Below, one piece after another: positions 1-10,902 of a DNA stretch of 64,000 nucleotides (positions within the stretch are counted from its first letter, which is position 1; every line of letters starts with the position of its first letter). The notes beneath the pieces are model-generated. The model had not been told where the DNA came from, did not search any database, and worked only from the letters and a program-made list of their open reading frames with translations. The position numbers were made by a program, and so were the translations under genes. The DNA is from Treponemataceae bacterium (GTDB lineage: Bacteria; Spirochaetota; Spirochaetia; Treponematales; Rectinemataceae). The stretch covers positions 480,001-544,000 of the forward strand of contig CAXXGJ010000018.1 of assembly GCA_963677895.2 (NCBI GenBank), given 5' to 3'.

Positions 1-1676
1 GCTGGATCCAGGGCCTCCTGGCTGTCCTTTTCGGCGGAATCGGAGAGCGCGGCTGCTACGGCGGCCGCGACGGCGATCTCTGTCGCCGCTTTATAGCCAT
101 CTGATTTTTTCCATTCTTCCATTCGCTGGCCCTTGAGGAATTTCTCGGCCACGGAAGGGAAAAGCTCCAGAAGCAATTTTTCCTTCTCGTCGATCGCCAG
201 GAGGCTACCGCCCGCATCCTCCTGGATTGGATTGGGCTGTTCCTTATAATTCGAAGTGTCGTAGGGGATCTCTTCCTTCGTGCCGCAGATCTTGAAGCGG
301 AATTCCGGGTCGACCGGCCATGGCGTTTTTCCGTAGGACCCTTTCACCAGCTCGGCGAAGTTTTTCGACACATTGGCGTAGGGATCTTCGCCCTTAATTT
401 TTGAAACGACATAATTGACAGCCTGCACACCGACGATCTGGCTCGTGGGCGTCACGAGGGGCGGAACGCCCGCATCGAGCCTTACGATGGGTACTACCTT
501 CAACACCTCATTGAGGTGCTGTTCCAGTTTGGCTTCTTTCAGCTGGGCCATCATGTTGGTATACATGCCGCCAGGGATCTGCGCGGTCTGGACGATGGCA
601 TCAGGTTCGGGATAGTTGAAGGCGGCTTCGATCTGCCTGCATCGCTCGAGAGCCTTCGTGAATTTGCCGCCGACCGTGAACTCCAGCGCGTCGTCGAAGA
701 GGCTGTTGAGTTCGGGCGGGAGCCTGTCCTTGGATAGGTCCATCGCGGGAGGCAGCCTCTTGTACTGATCGAATTTGGAGAGTTCGGCCCTTATGTCGCG
801 GAGCGCCGCGTCGATTTTGGCCACGGCGGCGTTGTCGACGCCGGTTTCCATCCCCAGCTTGTCGGCGAAAATCCTGATGATCTCGTATGCGGGCGCCGCG
901 GGTCCGCCGGAGAAAGAGAGCATGGCCGTATCGACGATGTCGACGCCGTTCACCATGGCGGAGAGAAGGCTTGCCACGCCGTATCCGGGGGTGCAGTGGG
1001 TATGAAGATCGATGGGGACGCTCACCTCGTTTTTCAGGGCTTTTATAAGCCTGGCCGACTTCACCGGATCGATGAGTCCGGCCATGTCCTTGATGGTGAT
1101 CATGTCGGCGCCGACGGCTTCGAGCGTCTTGGCTTTTTTCACGAAATAGTCAATGTTGAAAATGTCGTTGGGCAGGTGCTTGCCTGATATGAAGGACCTG
1201 AATCTTTCCGTCCCCGAGAACTTCGGATCCACGGTGTAGCAGACGGCGCAATCGGCCATTCCGCCGGCTTCCTTGACGAAGTTTATGGATGATTTCATGT
1301 TTTCGATATCGTTGAGGGCGTCGAAAATACGCATGATGTCGATGCCCGAAGCGACCGCGTTCCTGCAGAAGCCGCCGATGACCGAATCGGGGTAGGGATT
1401 ATAGCCGAAAAGGTTTCTTCCCCTGGAGAGGGCGGTAAGCTTGGAGGCTCCGCCGATCCCTGCCTTGATGGACTCCAGCCGCTGCCAGGGGCTTTCATTG
1501 AGGTAGCGCATCACCGAATCGGGTACCGCTCCTCCCCATACTTCCATGGCGAAGAAATGCGCGTCGCGGTAGTCCGGGAGGACTCTGTCCACCTGGGCCT
1601 GGTTCATCCTCGTAGCGAACTGGGATTGCTGACCATCGCGCAGTGTCAGATCCCTTATCTTGAGCTGTTTCTTCAT
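1..1676 (-). CDS. Pyruvate/oxaloacetate carboxyltransferase (OadA/PycB/transcarboxylase 5S-like), runs off the window start
   Basis: Manual translation from ATG at 1676: MKKQLKIRDLTLRDGQQSQFATRM...EVWGGA...ITIKDMAG...HTHCTPG...VTPTSQIVG. Absent from the ORF track, consistent with no stop inside the window. Confidence 0.85.
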   Translation of the reverse strand, partial: MKKQLKIRDLTLRDGQQSQFATRMNQAQVDRVLPDYRDAHFFAMEVWGGAVPDSVMRYLNESPWQRLESIKAGIGGASKLTALSRGRNLFGYNPYPDSVIGGFCRNAVASGIDIMRIFDALNDIENMKSSINFVKEAGGMADCAVCYTVDPKFSGTERFRSFISGKHLPNDIFNIDYFVKKAKTLEAVGADMITIKDMAGLIDPVKSARLIKALKNEVSVPIDLHTHCTPGYGVASLLSAMVNGVDIVDTAMLSFSGGPAAPAYEIIRIFADKLGMETGVDNAAVAKIDAALRDIRAELSKFDQYKRLPPAMDLSKDRLPPELNSLFDDALEFTVGGKFTKALERCRQIEAAFNYPEPDAIVQTAQIPGGMYTNMMAQLKEAKLEQHLNEVLKVVPIVRLDAGVPPLVTPTSQIVGVQAVNYVVSKIKGEDPYANVSKNFAELVKGSYGKTPWPVDPEFRFKICGTKEEIPYDTSNYKEQPNPIQEDAGGSLLAIDEKEKLLLELFPSVAEKFLKGQRMEEWKKSDGYKAATEIAVAAAVAAALSDSAEKDSQEALDP

Positions 1677-1939
1677 ATCGAAAGTCCTCCGATAAATTAT
1701 GCCGTTATTTTTATCAAATAAGTATACATCCTGAAAAGAGGATCGAGAAGTGGGCCAGCGGTCGGGTACTATTCTTTTGACAGAATCCCTTTATTCGGCT
1801 ATAATAACGGATATGCCGCATTCCTAGACTAGCCTCGAACAAATTTTATCCAAGCTATTTCTGTCTTGTTCCTGGCGCCTTGGAAAAAATTCCGACCTGT
1901 ATAGGCCGGGAGCGGCGCAAACATCGTTGAGCAGGGTAT

Positions 1940-2215
1940 ATGGCTGAACAAAAAAAAGGCTATTATCATGTGATCCGCGAGAAGTACTGCAAAGGCTGCG
2001 GCATATGTGTCGCATTCTGCCCCAAACATCTTCTCGTGCTGAAAAACGGCAAGGTTTTCCCCGAGAAACCTGAAATCTGCATCGGGTGCCGCATGTGCGA
2101 ATTCAGGTGCCCGGACTATGCGATCGAGGTAAAGCCGCTCGAAAAAGAGCCCAACCACGGACACAACGTGGATGCCTACGATCTCAGTCTGCCGCCGGAG
2201 GCGCACAATGGCTAA
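1940..2215 (+). CDS. korD: 2[4Fe-4S] ferredoxin, delta subunit of 2-oxoacid:ferredoxin oxidoreductase
   Basis: Two CxxCxxCxxxCP motifs (CKGCGICVAFCP, CIGCRMCEFRCP); first gene of the operon. Confidence 0.85.
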   Translation: MAEQKKGYYHVIREKYCKGCGICVAFCPKHLLVLKNGKVFPEKPEICIGCRMCEFRCPDYAIEVKPLEKEPNHGHNVDAYDLSLPPEAHNG

Positions 2216-3341
2216 TATCGTCAAACTCATGCAGGGAAATGAAGCGTGCACTATGGGCGCGCTCGCCGCCGGACTCCAGTTCTTCGGCGGCTACCCGATT
2301 ACCCCTTCCACCGAGATAGCCGAGATGTGCTCCGAGGAGCTGCCCAAGGTCGGCGGTAAATTCATTCAGATGGAAGACGAGATCGGCTCCATCGCCGCGT
2401 GCATCGGCGCTTCCCTCACCGGGAAGAAGGCCATGACCGCCACGTCGGGTCCCGGATTCTCCTTGATGCAGGAAAACATCGGCTATGCCTGTCTCTGCGA
2501 AATTCCCGTCGTCATCATCAATGTTCAGCGAATGGGCCCTTCCACGGGCATGCCTACCAGCCCCGCCCAGGGCGATGTAATGCAGGCGCGCTGGGGCACC
2601 CATGGCGATCATTCCATCATCGTCCTCACTCCGGGTAACGTGAAGGAATGTTTCGAACTCACCTTCAAGGCCTTCGTCCTCTCGGAAAAATACAGGATTC
2701 CCGTCATCGTCCTGGCCGACGAGGTCATCTGCCATATGAGGGAAAAGGTGGTTCTGCCCGATCCCAAAACCTACAAGATTCCCATGCGCGCCATGCCGGA
2801 ATCCCCGGCCGGGTACAAGCCATACGCGGCCGATCCCGATGGCGGCGTGCCTCTCATGGCGCCCTTCGGCAAGGGTTACCGCTGGCACTGCACTGGTCTG
2901 TTCCACGACGAAACGGGAGCCCCATCGGGCAAGCCCGCCGTCGCCAACACTCTTTTGCGGCGGCTCGATCGAAAAATCGAGAAGAACAAGGCCGAATTCG
3001 AGGATTATTTCGCCGAAAACCTGGATGACTGCGACGTCGCTGTCGTTTCCTTCGGTTCCTCGGCCATGGCCGCCCTGTCGGCGGTGAGGCGGGCGCGCGC
3101 GGAAGGCTTGAAGGCCGGCATGCTCAGGCTCAAGACCATGTGGCCTTTCCCCGACGAAACCGTGCGAAGATTGACTTCCAGCGCGAAAACGATAATCGTT
3201 CCCGAGATGAATCTTGGCCAGGTCGCCCTCGAAGTGGAGCGCGTGATCCACGGCAAGGCGGATGTCGTAAAGCTCGGGAAGGTGAACGGCGAACTTTTCC
3301 ACCCCGACGAAGTGTACGCGGCCCTCAAGGAGGCCTTCTGA
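2208..3341 (+). CDS. korA: 2-oxoacid:ferredoxin oxidoreductase alpha subunit
   Basis: GNEA, YPITPSTE, QMEDE and ATSGPGFSLMQE motifs; ATG 2208 after GGAGG. Confidence 0.92.
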   Translation: MANIVKLMQGNEACTMGALAAGLQFFGGYPITPSTEIAEMCSEELPKVGGKFIQMEDEIGSIAACIGASLTGKKAMTATSGPGFSLMQENIGYACLCEIPVVIINVQRMGPSTGMPTSPAQGDVMQARWGTHGDHSIIVLTPGNVKECFELTFKAFVLSEKYRIPVIVLADEVICHMREKVVLPDPKTYKIPMRAMPESPAGYKPYAADPDGGVPLMAPFGKGYRWHCTGLFHDETGAPSGKPAVANTLLRRLDRKIEKNKAEFEDYFAENLDDCDVAVVSFGSSAMAALSAVRRARAEGLKAGMLRLKTMWPFPDETVRRLTSSAKTIIVPEMNLGQVALEVERVIHGKADVVKLGKVNGELFHPDEVYAALKEAF

Positions 3342-4201
3342 TGGCTGAACTACTCGACTATTTCCGCAAGGAAAGGCTTCCCCATATCTGGTGCCCCGGC
3401 TGCGGCCATGGAACGATCACGGGAGCCCTTGTCCGGGCCATCGACAAGCTTGGACTCGATAAGAACAACATCGTCCTCGTCTCCGGCATCGGCTGCTCGA
3501 GCCGCGCCGTCGGTTACCTCGATTTCGACACGGTGCATACGACACACGGACGGGCGCTCGCCTTCGCGACGGGCATCAAGCACGCGAGGCCCAATCTCAA
3601 GGTGATTGTCATGACCGGCGACGGAGACTGCACGGCCATTGGCGGCAACCATTTCATCCACGCCGCCCGCCGCAACATCGACATCACGACGATCATCATG
3701 AACAACAATATCTACGGCATGACTTCGGGGCAGTATTCCCCGACAACGCCGCATGACATGATGGCAACGACCGCCCCCTATGGCAACGTCGACTATCCGT
3801 TCGACGTCTGCGAACTCGCGAAGGCCGCCGGCGCGACCTATGTGGCGAGGGCGACGTCCTACCATGTTACCCTCCTCACCGAGCTTATCGAAAAAGCTCT
3901 ACAGCACAAAGGCTTCTCTGTAGTGGAAGCTTTCGGCCAATGCCCCACGTATTTCGGCAGAAAAAATAAGCTGGGCGGGGCGGTGGAACTGATGAACTGG
4001 ATCAAGGACGGCACGGTCAATGTAAAGGCCGCCGCCGCGCTTCCTCCGGAAAAGCTAGAGGGCAAATTCCTCATCGGCGAACTTTTCACGCACGACAGGC
4101 CCGAGTATACGGCCAGCTACGCAGAAATGACGGCGAAAGTCCAGAGAACATACAACGATTACAAGGGAGGTAACCGGGGATGCGAGTTGAATTCAGACTA
4201 A
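3341..4201 (+). CDS. korB: 2-oxoacid:ferredoxin oxidoreductase beta subunit (TPP-binding)
   Basis: WCPGCG, SGIGCSSR, GDGD...NNNIYGMT; start overlaps korA stop (TGATG). Confidence 0.92.
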   Translation: MAELLDYFRKERLPHIWCPGCGHGTITGALVRAIDKLGLDKNNIVLVSGIGCSSRAVGYLDFDTVHTTHGRALAFATGIKHARPNLKVIVMTGDGDCTAIGGNHFIHAARRNIDITTIIMNNNIYGMTSGQYSPTTPHDMMATTAPYGNVDYPFDVCELAKAAGATYVARATSYHVTLLTELIEKALQHKGFSVVEAFGQCPTYFGRKNKLGGAVELMNWIKDGTVNVKAAAALPPEKLEGKFLIGELFTHDRPEYTASYAEMTAKVQRTYNDYKGGNRGCELNSD

Positions 4202-4731
4202 GCGGCTCCGGTGGCCAGGGCCTTTTGCTCGCGGGCATCACGCTCGCCGAAGCGGCCATCGATGAGGGCAAGAACGCGGTACAGACACAGAGTTACGGAC
4301 CTGAGGCGAGAGGCGGCTCAAGCAAGGCGGAAGTCGTGATCTCCGACGAGGAAATCGATTACCCGAAGGCGACCGATCCCGATTTCCTTCTCGCGCTCAC
4401 CACGGATGCGTATAAAACCTATGGACCCCTGATGAAGAAGGGACTGATCATCACCGATACGTCGGTGACGCTCGATCCGGCCATCGTGGCGAGAACTGTC
4501 GCCCTGCCGATTCTGGCTTCGGCCGTGGAGAAGGTGGGCAAGAAAGTCGTCGCCAATATGGTGGCCCTGGGTGTCCTCGGCGGCATTTCCGGCGTCGCGA
4601 GCCGCGAAGTGCTGCGAAAAGCGGTCAAAGCCAGGGTTCCGAAGGGAACCGACGAGCTGAACCTTAAGGCGCTCGATGTGGGCCTCGAGCTGGCGGCCGA
4701 GTCCGGAGCTTCCGGTTCGAAGACCAAGTAA
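4180..4731 (+). CDS. korC: 2-oxoacid:ferredoxin oxidoreductase gamma subunit
   Basis: GSGGQG and QSYGPEARGG motifs. Confidence 0.9.
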   Translation: MRVEFRLSGSGGQGLLLAGITLAEAAIDEGKNAVQTQSYGPEARGGSSKAEVVISDEEIDYPKATDPDFLLALTTDAYKTYGPLMKKGLIITDTSVTLDPAIVARTVALPILASAVEKVGKKVVANMVALGVLGGISGVASREVLRKAVKARVPKGTDELNLKALDVGLELAAESGASGSKTK

Positions 4732-4743
4732 GGAGAATCAACA

Positions 4744-6411
4744 ATGAGCGAAAGCGAAAAGCTCGAGAAAGCGCTCCAGGACTGGAACGCCAAAGTCGAG
4801 AAGTCCATCGCCAAATATCCTGAAAGGAAGGCCGCATTCGTCACAGGCTCCAATAGTCCCGTCAAGCGTATCTATACGCCGATCGATGCCGGGAACAAGG
4901 ATAAACTTGAGACGGTGGGCCTGCCTGGAGAGTTTCCCTATACCAGAGGCGTCCAGTCGACCATGTATCGCGGACGTCTTTGGACCATGAGGCAGTACGC
5001 GGGTTTCGGCAACGCCGAAGAATCCAACGCCCGCTACAAGTTCCTCCTGGCCCAGGGGCAGACGGGTCTGTCCATCGCCTTCGACCTTCCCACCCAGATC
5101 GGCTACGATTCGGATCATCCGCTCGCCGCCGGCGAGGTGGGCAAGGTGGGCGTGGCGATCGACTCCCTGGAGGACATGGAAACCCTTTTCGGCGGCATTC
5201 CGCTGGACAAGGTTTCCACGAGCATGACCATCAACGCTCCCGCTTCGGTTCTCCTCGCGATGTACATCGCGGTGGCCGAAAAGCAGGGCGTGTCGGCCGA
5301 CAAGCTCGACGGCACGATCCAGAACGACATCCTCAAGGAATACGTCGCCCGCGGCACCTATATCTTTCCGCCGACGCCTTCCATGAGGCTCATCACCGAC
5401 ATTTTTTCTTATTGTTCGAAAGAGGTGCCCAGCTGGAATACGATTTCCATCTCCGGCTACCATATCCGCGAGGCGGGCGCCACGGCCGTCCAGGAAGTGG
5501 CCTTCACCCTGGCCGACGGCATCGCCTATGTCGACGCGGCCATCAAGGCCGGCCTCGACGTGGACGAGTTCGCGCCTCGCCTTTCTTTCTTCTTCAACGC
5601 GCACAACGATCTTTTCGAGGAAGCGGCCAAGTTCCGCGCGGCTCGCCGCGTCTGGGCCCATATCATGAAAGAACGTTTCGGCGCCAAGAACCCCAAGAGC
5701 CTCATGCTGCGCTTCCATACGCAGACGGCGGGCTCGACGCTCACGGCGCAGCAGCCCGAGAACAATGTCGTGCGCGTCACGATCCAGGCGCTCGCGGCCG
5801 TGCTCGGCGGAACCCAGTCCCTGCACACGAATTCCAGGGATGAGGCCCTCGCCCTGCCGACCGAAGCTTCCGTGCGCATCGCGCTCCGGACCCAGCAGAT
5901 TCTCGCTTACGAGTCAGGTGTCGCCGAGACGCCCGACCCGCTGGCCGGTTCCTACTACGTGGAAACCCTCACCGACTCCATCGAGGAGGGCGTCCTCGCC
6001 TACATCAAGCGCATCGACGATCTGGGCGGTGCGGTAAAGGCCATCGAACAGGGCTACATCCAGCAGGAAATCCAGGATTCGGCCTATGCCTGGCAGATGG
6101 ATGTCGAAAAGAATGAACGCGTGGTGGTCGGGCTCAACAAGTTCCAGGTGAAGGAGGGCCCGCCCAAGGGACTCCTGCGCGTGGATCCCGCCGTCGGCGA
6201 AAATCAGGTCGCGAAGCTGCGGGCCCTCAGGGCGCGCCGCGACAACGCGGCCGTCACGGCGGCGCTGGAAGCCCTGAAAGTCGCCGCCATGGGCTCGGAC
6301 AATCTCATGCCTTACATCCTTACCGCGGTCAAGACCTACGCGACATTGGGCGAGGTCTGCGATGTGCTGAGGGGCGTCTTCGGCGAATATCGCCCCAGCG
6401 TCATGTTCTAA
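4744..6411 (+). CDS. Methylmalonyl-CoA mutase, large (substrate-binding) subunit
   Basis: [48 protein letters not shown]. The Tyr in RQYAG fits dicarboxyl-CoA substrates. Confidence 0.93.
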   Translation: MSESEKLEKALQDWNAKVEKSIAKYPERKAAFVTGSNSPVKRIYTPIDAGNKDKLETVGLPGEFPYTRGVQSTMYRGRLWTMRQYAGFGNAEESNARYKFLLAQGQTGLSIAFDLPTQIGYDSDHPLAAGEVGKVGVAIDSLEDMETLFGGIPLDKVSTSMTINAPASVLLAMYIAVAEKQGVSADKLDGTIQNDILKEYVARGTYIFPPTPSMRLITDIFSYCSKEVPSWNTISISGYHIREAGATAVQEVAFTLADGIAYVDAAIKAGLDVDEFAPRLSFFFNAHNDLFEEAAKFRAARRVWAHIMKERFGAKNPKSLMLRFHTQTAGSTLTAQQPENNVVRVTIQALAAVLGGTQSLHTNSRDEALALPTEASVRIALRTQQILAYESGVAETPDPLAGSYYVETLTDSIEEGVLAYIKRIDDLGGAVKAIEQGYIQQEIQDSAYAWQMDVEKNERVVVGLNKFQVKEGPPKGLLRVDPAVGENQVAKLRALRARRDNAAVTAALEALKVAAMGSDNLMPYILTAVKTYATLGEVCDVLRGVFGEYRPSVMF

Positions 6412-6427
6412 TCGAGGGAGTCACAGC

Positions 6428-6826
6428 ATGGAACGTAAAATACGCGTTATCGTCGCGAAACCCGGCCTCGACGGCCATGACAGGGGCGCCAAGGTCATAG
6501 CCCGAGCCCTGCGCGACGCGGGCATGGAAGTAATCTATACAGGACTGCGCCAGACTCCCGAACAGATCGTCCAGGCGGCCATTCAGGAAGATGCCGACGT
6601 GATCGCCCTTTCCATTCTTTCGGGGGCGCACAACCATCTCTTTCCCCGCGTCGTGGACCTTCTCAAGGAAAAGGGCGCCGATGACATTCTCGTGTTCGGA
6701 GGCGGTGTCATACCCGAGGAGGATATTCCTTTCCTCAAATCCAAGGGCATCGCGGAAGTCTTCGGACCGGGCACGCCCACTTCGGTGACCGTGGATTTCA
6801 TCAAGACACATCTAAAAAGAGAGTAG
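6428..6826 (+). CDS. Methylmalonyl-CoA mutase cobalamin-binding subunit
   Basis: DGHDRG (DxHxxG) B12-binding motif, SILSG, GG. Confidence 0.93.
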   Translation: MERKIRVIVAKPGLDGHDRGAKVIARALRDAGMEVIYTGLRQTPEQIVQAAIQEDADVIALSILSGAHNHLFPRVVDLLKEKGADDILVFGGGVIPEEDIPFLKSKGIAEVFGPGTPTSVTVDFIKTHLKRE

Positions 6827-6835
6827 CGTTCATAC

Positions 6836-7905
6836 ATGATTGATACCCTCGCGCGCCGCTGCCTCGATGGCGACCTGCGTGCCGTGGCGAGGCTGATCAG
6901 CCTGCTCGAGGACGGCGACAAGGATGCTTTCGGCACCCTCGCCGCCCTCAAACAGCGCTCTGGCCAAGCCCATGTCATAGGCATCACTGGTCCCCCCGGC
7001 TCGGGCAAAAGCACATTGACGGACAAGCTCATCGGCGAATTCCGCGCGAGCGGGAAGAAGGTGGGCGTCATCGCCGTCGATCCGTCGAGTCCCTTCTCCG
7101 GCGGCGCCATCCTGGGCGACCGCCTTCGCATGCAGGGGCACGCGACCGATCCCGGCGTTTTCATACGCAGTCTCGCCTCGCGGGGCCGCCTCGGCGGGCT
7201 CTCGAAGGCGACGGCCTTCGCCGTGCGCGCCCTGGAAGCCGCCGGCTACGATATCGTGATCATCGAAACGGTAGGAGTAGGCCAGTCGGAAATCGATATA
7301 GTCAAGGTGGCCGATACGGTGGTTCTCATCTCCGTTCCAGGCTTGGGTGACGACATACAGGTCATCAAGGCGGGAATCATGGAGATTGGCGACATCTTCG
7401 TCGTGAACAAATCGGACAGGGATGGAGCCGACAGGGTGGTGAGGGAAATACGCGCCATGCTAGAAACCCAGGCGATGCTCAAGCGGGGAAGAAGCGTGGA
7501 AGCGGGGCCCGACACTCTCTCCGCGAGAAATATGGAAATACTGCATCATGGCCAGAATGACCTCCGTCCCGAAACCATGCCCGAGAGGGCGGATCCCTTC
7601 GCCCTGCCTCCCGTGATGAAGACGATAGCCGAAACGGGGGAGGGCGTGCCCGAACTCTGCCGGAAAATCCTTTCGCGTTTCGAAGACGGCGAAGGCTTCG
7701 GGCGAACTCGAGACGAGACGTCGGGCTTCCATAAAATCCCAGCTCAAGGATCTGGTCGGATGGCAGGTCATGGACTATTTCGTCGATCACGAGGAAAACG
7801 GCCAGCCTGGAAAACCTGGCGCGCGCCGTCCTGAAAAGGGAGATCGACGTCTATACCGCGGCGCGGGAACTTTTTTCAGCGCTCATCAAAGGAGAAAGAC
7901 AATGA
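6836..7905 (+). CDS. meaB: MeaB/ArgK GTPase chaperone; two apparent +1 frameshifts in the 3' end
   Basis: GPPGSGKST, DPSSPFSGGAILGDR, ETVGVGQSE, NKSD. Removing one base near 7684 and one near 7797 restores ...ASGELETRRRASIKSQLKDLV...SLENLARAVLKREIDVYTAARELFSALIKGERQ*, ending in an ATGA overlap with mce. Confidence 0.85.
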
Positions 7906-8306
7906 AACTCGAAAGACTGGATCATATCGGCATCGCCGTGGAAAAGATCGACGAAGCGCTGCCCATCTGGGAAGGATTTCTCGGTCTTCCCCTCCATGGA
8001 ACGGAGGAAGTGAAGGAGCAGAAAGTCCGCACCGCCTTTTTGCCCATAGGCGAATCGGAGGTCGAGCTCCTGGAGTCCACGGATCCTGAAGGGGCGATAG
8101 CGAAGTTCATCGCCGCGAAGGGCCAAGGCATCCAGCATGTCGCTTTCAGAGTGGAGGACATCGATGCGGCGCTCGCGGAACTCAAGGAAAAAGGCGTTCG
8201 CCTGATCGATCAGACGCCGCGCGCCGGCGCTGGCGGAGCGAGGATAGCCTTCCTCCATCCCAAGGCCACCGGCGGCGTCCTGATCGAACTCTGCGAAAGG
8301 AAGTAG
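7902..8306 (+). CDS. mce: Methylmalonyl-CoA epimerase
   Basis: LDHIGIAV, VELLES, GIQHVAFRV, FLHPKATGGVLIEL; ATG 7902 after AGGAG. Confidence 0.93.
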   Translation: MKLERLDHIGIAVEKIDEALPIWEGFLGLPLHGTEEVKEQKVRTAFLPIGESEVELLESTDPEGAIAKFIAAKGQGIQHVAFRVEDIDAALAELKEKGVRLIDQTPRAGAGGARIAFLHPKATGGVLIELCERK

Positions 8307-8538
8307 CGAATAAGGGTTCTAAGAAAAATTATATATATTGTAGAAATAATATTAAATATATAAGATATAGTTATATATCTATATATAACAATGTATATTA
8401 ACAATTTTTAAGGTATAGATATTTTTTTAGTCAGGGACTATAATATTTCTCGGTACTTTATCAATCATTAGCTTTCCGGGACTGTTTCGTATGGATTCGC
8501 AACAGCCCGGCGGGCGGATGCAAGGATGGTCGGCGCAT

Positions 8539-10083
8539 ATGGATGAAAAGCTTAAAGAGCTTGAAGAGCGGCGCGCCAAGGTGCTTGCGGGCGGTGGCCC
8601 CAAGCGCATTGCGGCCCAGCACGCGAAAGGCAAGAAGACGGCGCGAGAAAGGATTGAGGCTCTTCTTGACCAGGGATCCTTTGTCGAACTGGATGCCTTT
8701 GTCGAGCATCGCTGCACTGATTTGGGGATGAACGAAGTTCAGGCTCCCGGAGAGGGTGTGGTGATCGGTTACGGAACCATCAATGGCAGAACCGTCTATG
8801 TATTCGCCCAGGATTTTACCGTCATCGGTGGATCCCTTGGCGAGATGCACGCGGCGAAGATCTGCAAAGCCATGGATATGGCGGTAAAAGTCGGTTGCCC
8901 CTGCATTGGGATCAACGATTCCGGCGGAGCGAGAATCCAGGAAGGCGTGGACGCCCTATCCGGATACGGCGACATTTTCTACCGCAACACATTAGCTTCT
9001 GGTGTAGTGCCGCAGATTTCCGTGATAATGGGACCCTGCGCGGGCGGCGCCGTCTATTCCCCAGCGCTCACGGACTTTGTCTTTATGACCGAGGGCTCCT
9101 CGAACATGTTCATCACCGGTCCCCAGGTCATTAAGGCCGTTACCGGCGAAGACGTCTCCGCGGAAGATCTCGGCGGCGCTCGTGTCCATACCGAAATCTC
9201 GGGCGTATCCCAGTTCCGCTTCAAGGACGAGGATGCGACCATCGAAGGCATCAGGAAACTCCTCTCCTTCCTGCCCCAGAACAACATCGAGGACGCGCCT
9301 CTCGTAAAGAATGGCGACGAACCTTTCAGGGCAGATCCCGAACTCGCCAATATCATGCCCGATTCGCCCAATAAACCCTACGATGTCCGCAGCGTCATCG
9401 AGCGCGTTGTCGACCTGGGCGATTATCTTGAGGTTCAGCCCGATTATGCCAGGAATATCGTCACCTGCTTTGCCCGCCTGGGCGGTAGATCGGTAGGCAT
9501 CATCGCCAATCAGCCCGCCGTCATGGCAGGCGTTCTCGATATCAACGCTTCGGATAAAGCCTCTCGCTTCATCCGTTTCTGCGACTCCTTCAACATTCCC
9601 CTCGTGACCTTCACCGACACCGCGGGATACCTCCCCGGCGTGGGACAGGAACACGGCGGCGTCATCAGGCACGGAGCCAAGCTCCTCTACGCTTATTCGG
9701 AAGCCACCGTCCCGAAGCTGACCGTCATCCTGAGGAAGGCTTACGGCGGCGCCTATATAGCCATGTGCTCCCGCCACCTCGGGGCCGATCAGGTTCTAGC
9801 TTGGCCGACGGCGGAAATCGCGGTCATGGGTCCGGACGGAGCGGCCAACATCATCTTCAAGAAAGAGATCGATGAGGCGGCCGATCCCGCCGCGGCCAGG
9901 AAGGAAAAAATCGCCGAGTACAAGACAAGCTTCGCCAACCCTTATAAGGCGGCGGTGAGAGGCTATGTCGACGACGTGATCGATCCGGCCCAGACCAGGG
10001 CCCGGCTCTGCTCGGCGCTGACCATGTTGCTCGGCAAACGGCAGACGCTCCCCGCGCGCAAGCACGGGAACATGCCCGTCTGA
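8539..10083 (+). CDS. mmdA: Methylmalonyl-CoA decarboxylase alpha (carboxyltransferase) subunit
   Basis: QDFTVIGGSLG, DSGGARIQEG, GPCAGGAVY, RKAYGGAY, RKHGNMP; clustered with delta, gamma and beta subunits. Confidence 0.88.
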   Translation: MDEKLKELEERRAKVLAGGGPKRIAAQHAKGKKTARERIEALLDQGSFVELDAFVEHRCTDLGMNEVQAPGEGVVIGYGTINGRTVYVFAQDFTVIGGSLGEMHAAKICKAMDMAVKVGCPCIGINDSGGARIQEGVDALSGYGDIFYRNTLASGVVPQISVIMGPCAGGAVYSPALTDFVFMTEGSSNMFITGPQVIKAVTGEDVSAEDLGGARVHTEISGVSQFRFKDEDATIEGIRKLLSFLPQNNIEDAPLVKNGDEPFRADPELANIMPDSPNKPYDVRSVIERVVDLGDYLEVQPDYARNIVTCFARLGGRSVGIIANQPAVMAGVLDINASDKASRFIRFCDSFNIPLVTFTDTAGYLPGVGQEHGGVIRHGAKLLYAYSEATVPKLTVILRKAYGGAYIAMCSRHLGADQVLAWPTAEIAVMGPDGAANIIFKKEIDEAADPAAARKEKIAEYKTSFANPYKAAVRGYVDDVIDPAQTRARLCSALTMLLGKRQTLPARKHGNMPV

Positions 10084-10097
10084 CCGGGGGAGGCAGC

Positions 10098-10457
10098 ATG
10101 TACAATCAATGGATGATAATGTTCGCTGGCGTAGCCACTGTATTCGTGGCACTTGTCGTCATTATCGCAATGCTCGAAGTATTCCATATTGTTTTCGGAA
10201 AACGTCTCGAAAAAAAGCGGCCGGATTTGGCGCCTCTTCCCGAAATCCACAGTCATGCCGCGCCGCCGGCGCACAGCCCTGCCCAAACATCGCAGCCCGG
10301 CGGTGAACTCGTGGCCGTTATAACCGCTGCCATCTCTGCAGCTACAGGCAAGGCTCCAACGGCTTTTCTTATCAACTCAATCAGCGCTTCATCCGAAGCG
10401 GGAAGCGGTTTCAATACCCCGATATGGGGCCAGATCGAGCGACTCGCTCGCAAATGA
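10098..10457 (+). CDS. mmdD: Na+-decarboxylase delta (OadG-like) membrane anchor subunit
   Basis: Single N-terminal TM helix, Pro/Ala linker, [10 protein letters not shown], and W..IERL near the C-terminus. Confidence 0.8.
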   Translation: MYNQWMIMFAGVATVFVALVVIIAMLEVFHIVFGKRLEKKRPDLAPLPEIHSHAAPPAHSPAQTSQPGGELVAVITAAISAATGKAPTAFLINSISASSEAGSGFNTPIWGQIERLARK

Positions 10458-10476
10458 GCATTACAAGGAGAATACT

Positions 10477-10887
10477 ATGAAACAGTATAAAGTAACCGTG
10501 AATGGCCAGAACTATGATGTGATCGTCGAGGAAGTCGGCGTTGCCGGAATTTCCGCCCCAAGAGCCGCCGCTCCGGCAGCCCCAGTCGCCCCTGCCCCAG
10601 TAGCGGCAGCTGCACCCGCCGCCGCCCCCGCCGCGGCACCTGCCGCCACCTCGACTTACGTCCCATCCGCGGGAGCCATCACCGTCAAATCGCCGATGCC
10701 GGGCACCGTCCTGTCTTTCAAGGTAATCGAAGGCCAAGAAGTGAAGCGCGGCGACGTGCTCCTTATCCTCGAAGCCATGAAAATGGAAAACGAGATCGTT
10801 GCTCCCCAGGCGGGTAAAGTCGCCGCACTTAGGGTTCCCGTCAGCGCTTCTGTCAATACCGGCGATCCACTCGTCGATCTCACCTAA
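10477..10887 (+). CDS. mmdC: Biotin carboxyl carrier (gamma) subunit
   Basis: YKVTVNG N-terminus, Ala/Pro linker, EAMKMENEI biotinylation motif. Confidence 0.92.
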   Translation: MKQYKVTVNGQNYDVIVEEVGVAGISAPRAAAPAAPVAPAPVAAAAPAAAPAAAPAATSTYVPSAGAITVKSPMPGTVLSFKVIEGQEVKRGDVLLILEAMKMENEIVAPQAGKVAALRVPVSASVNTGDPLVDLT

Positions 10888-10902
10888 AGGGGAGGCGTCC
10901 CC

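Noticed and set aside
10555..10650. GCC-rich repetitive stretch
   Set aside because: Ordinary Ala/Pro linker of the biotin carrier protein.
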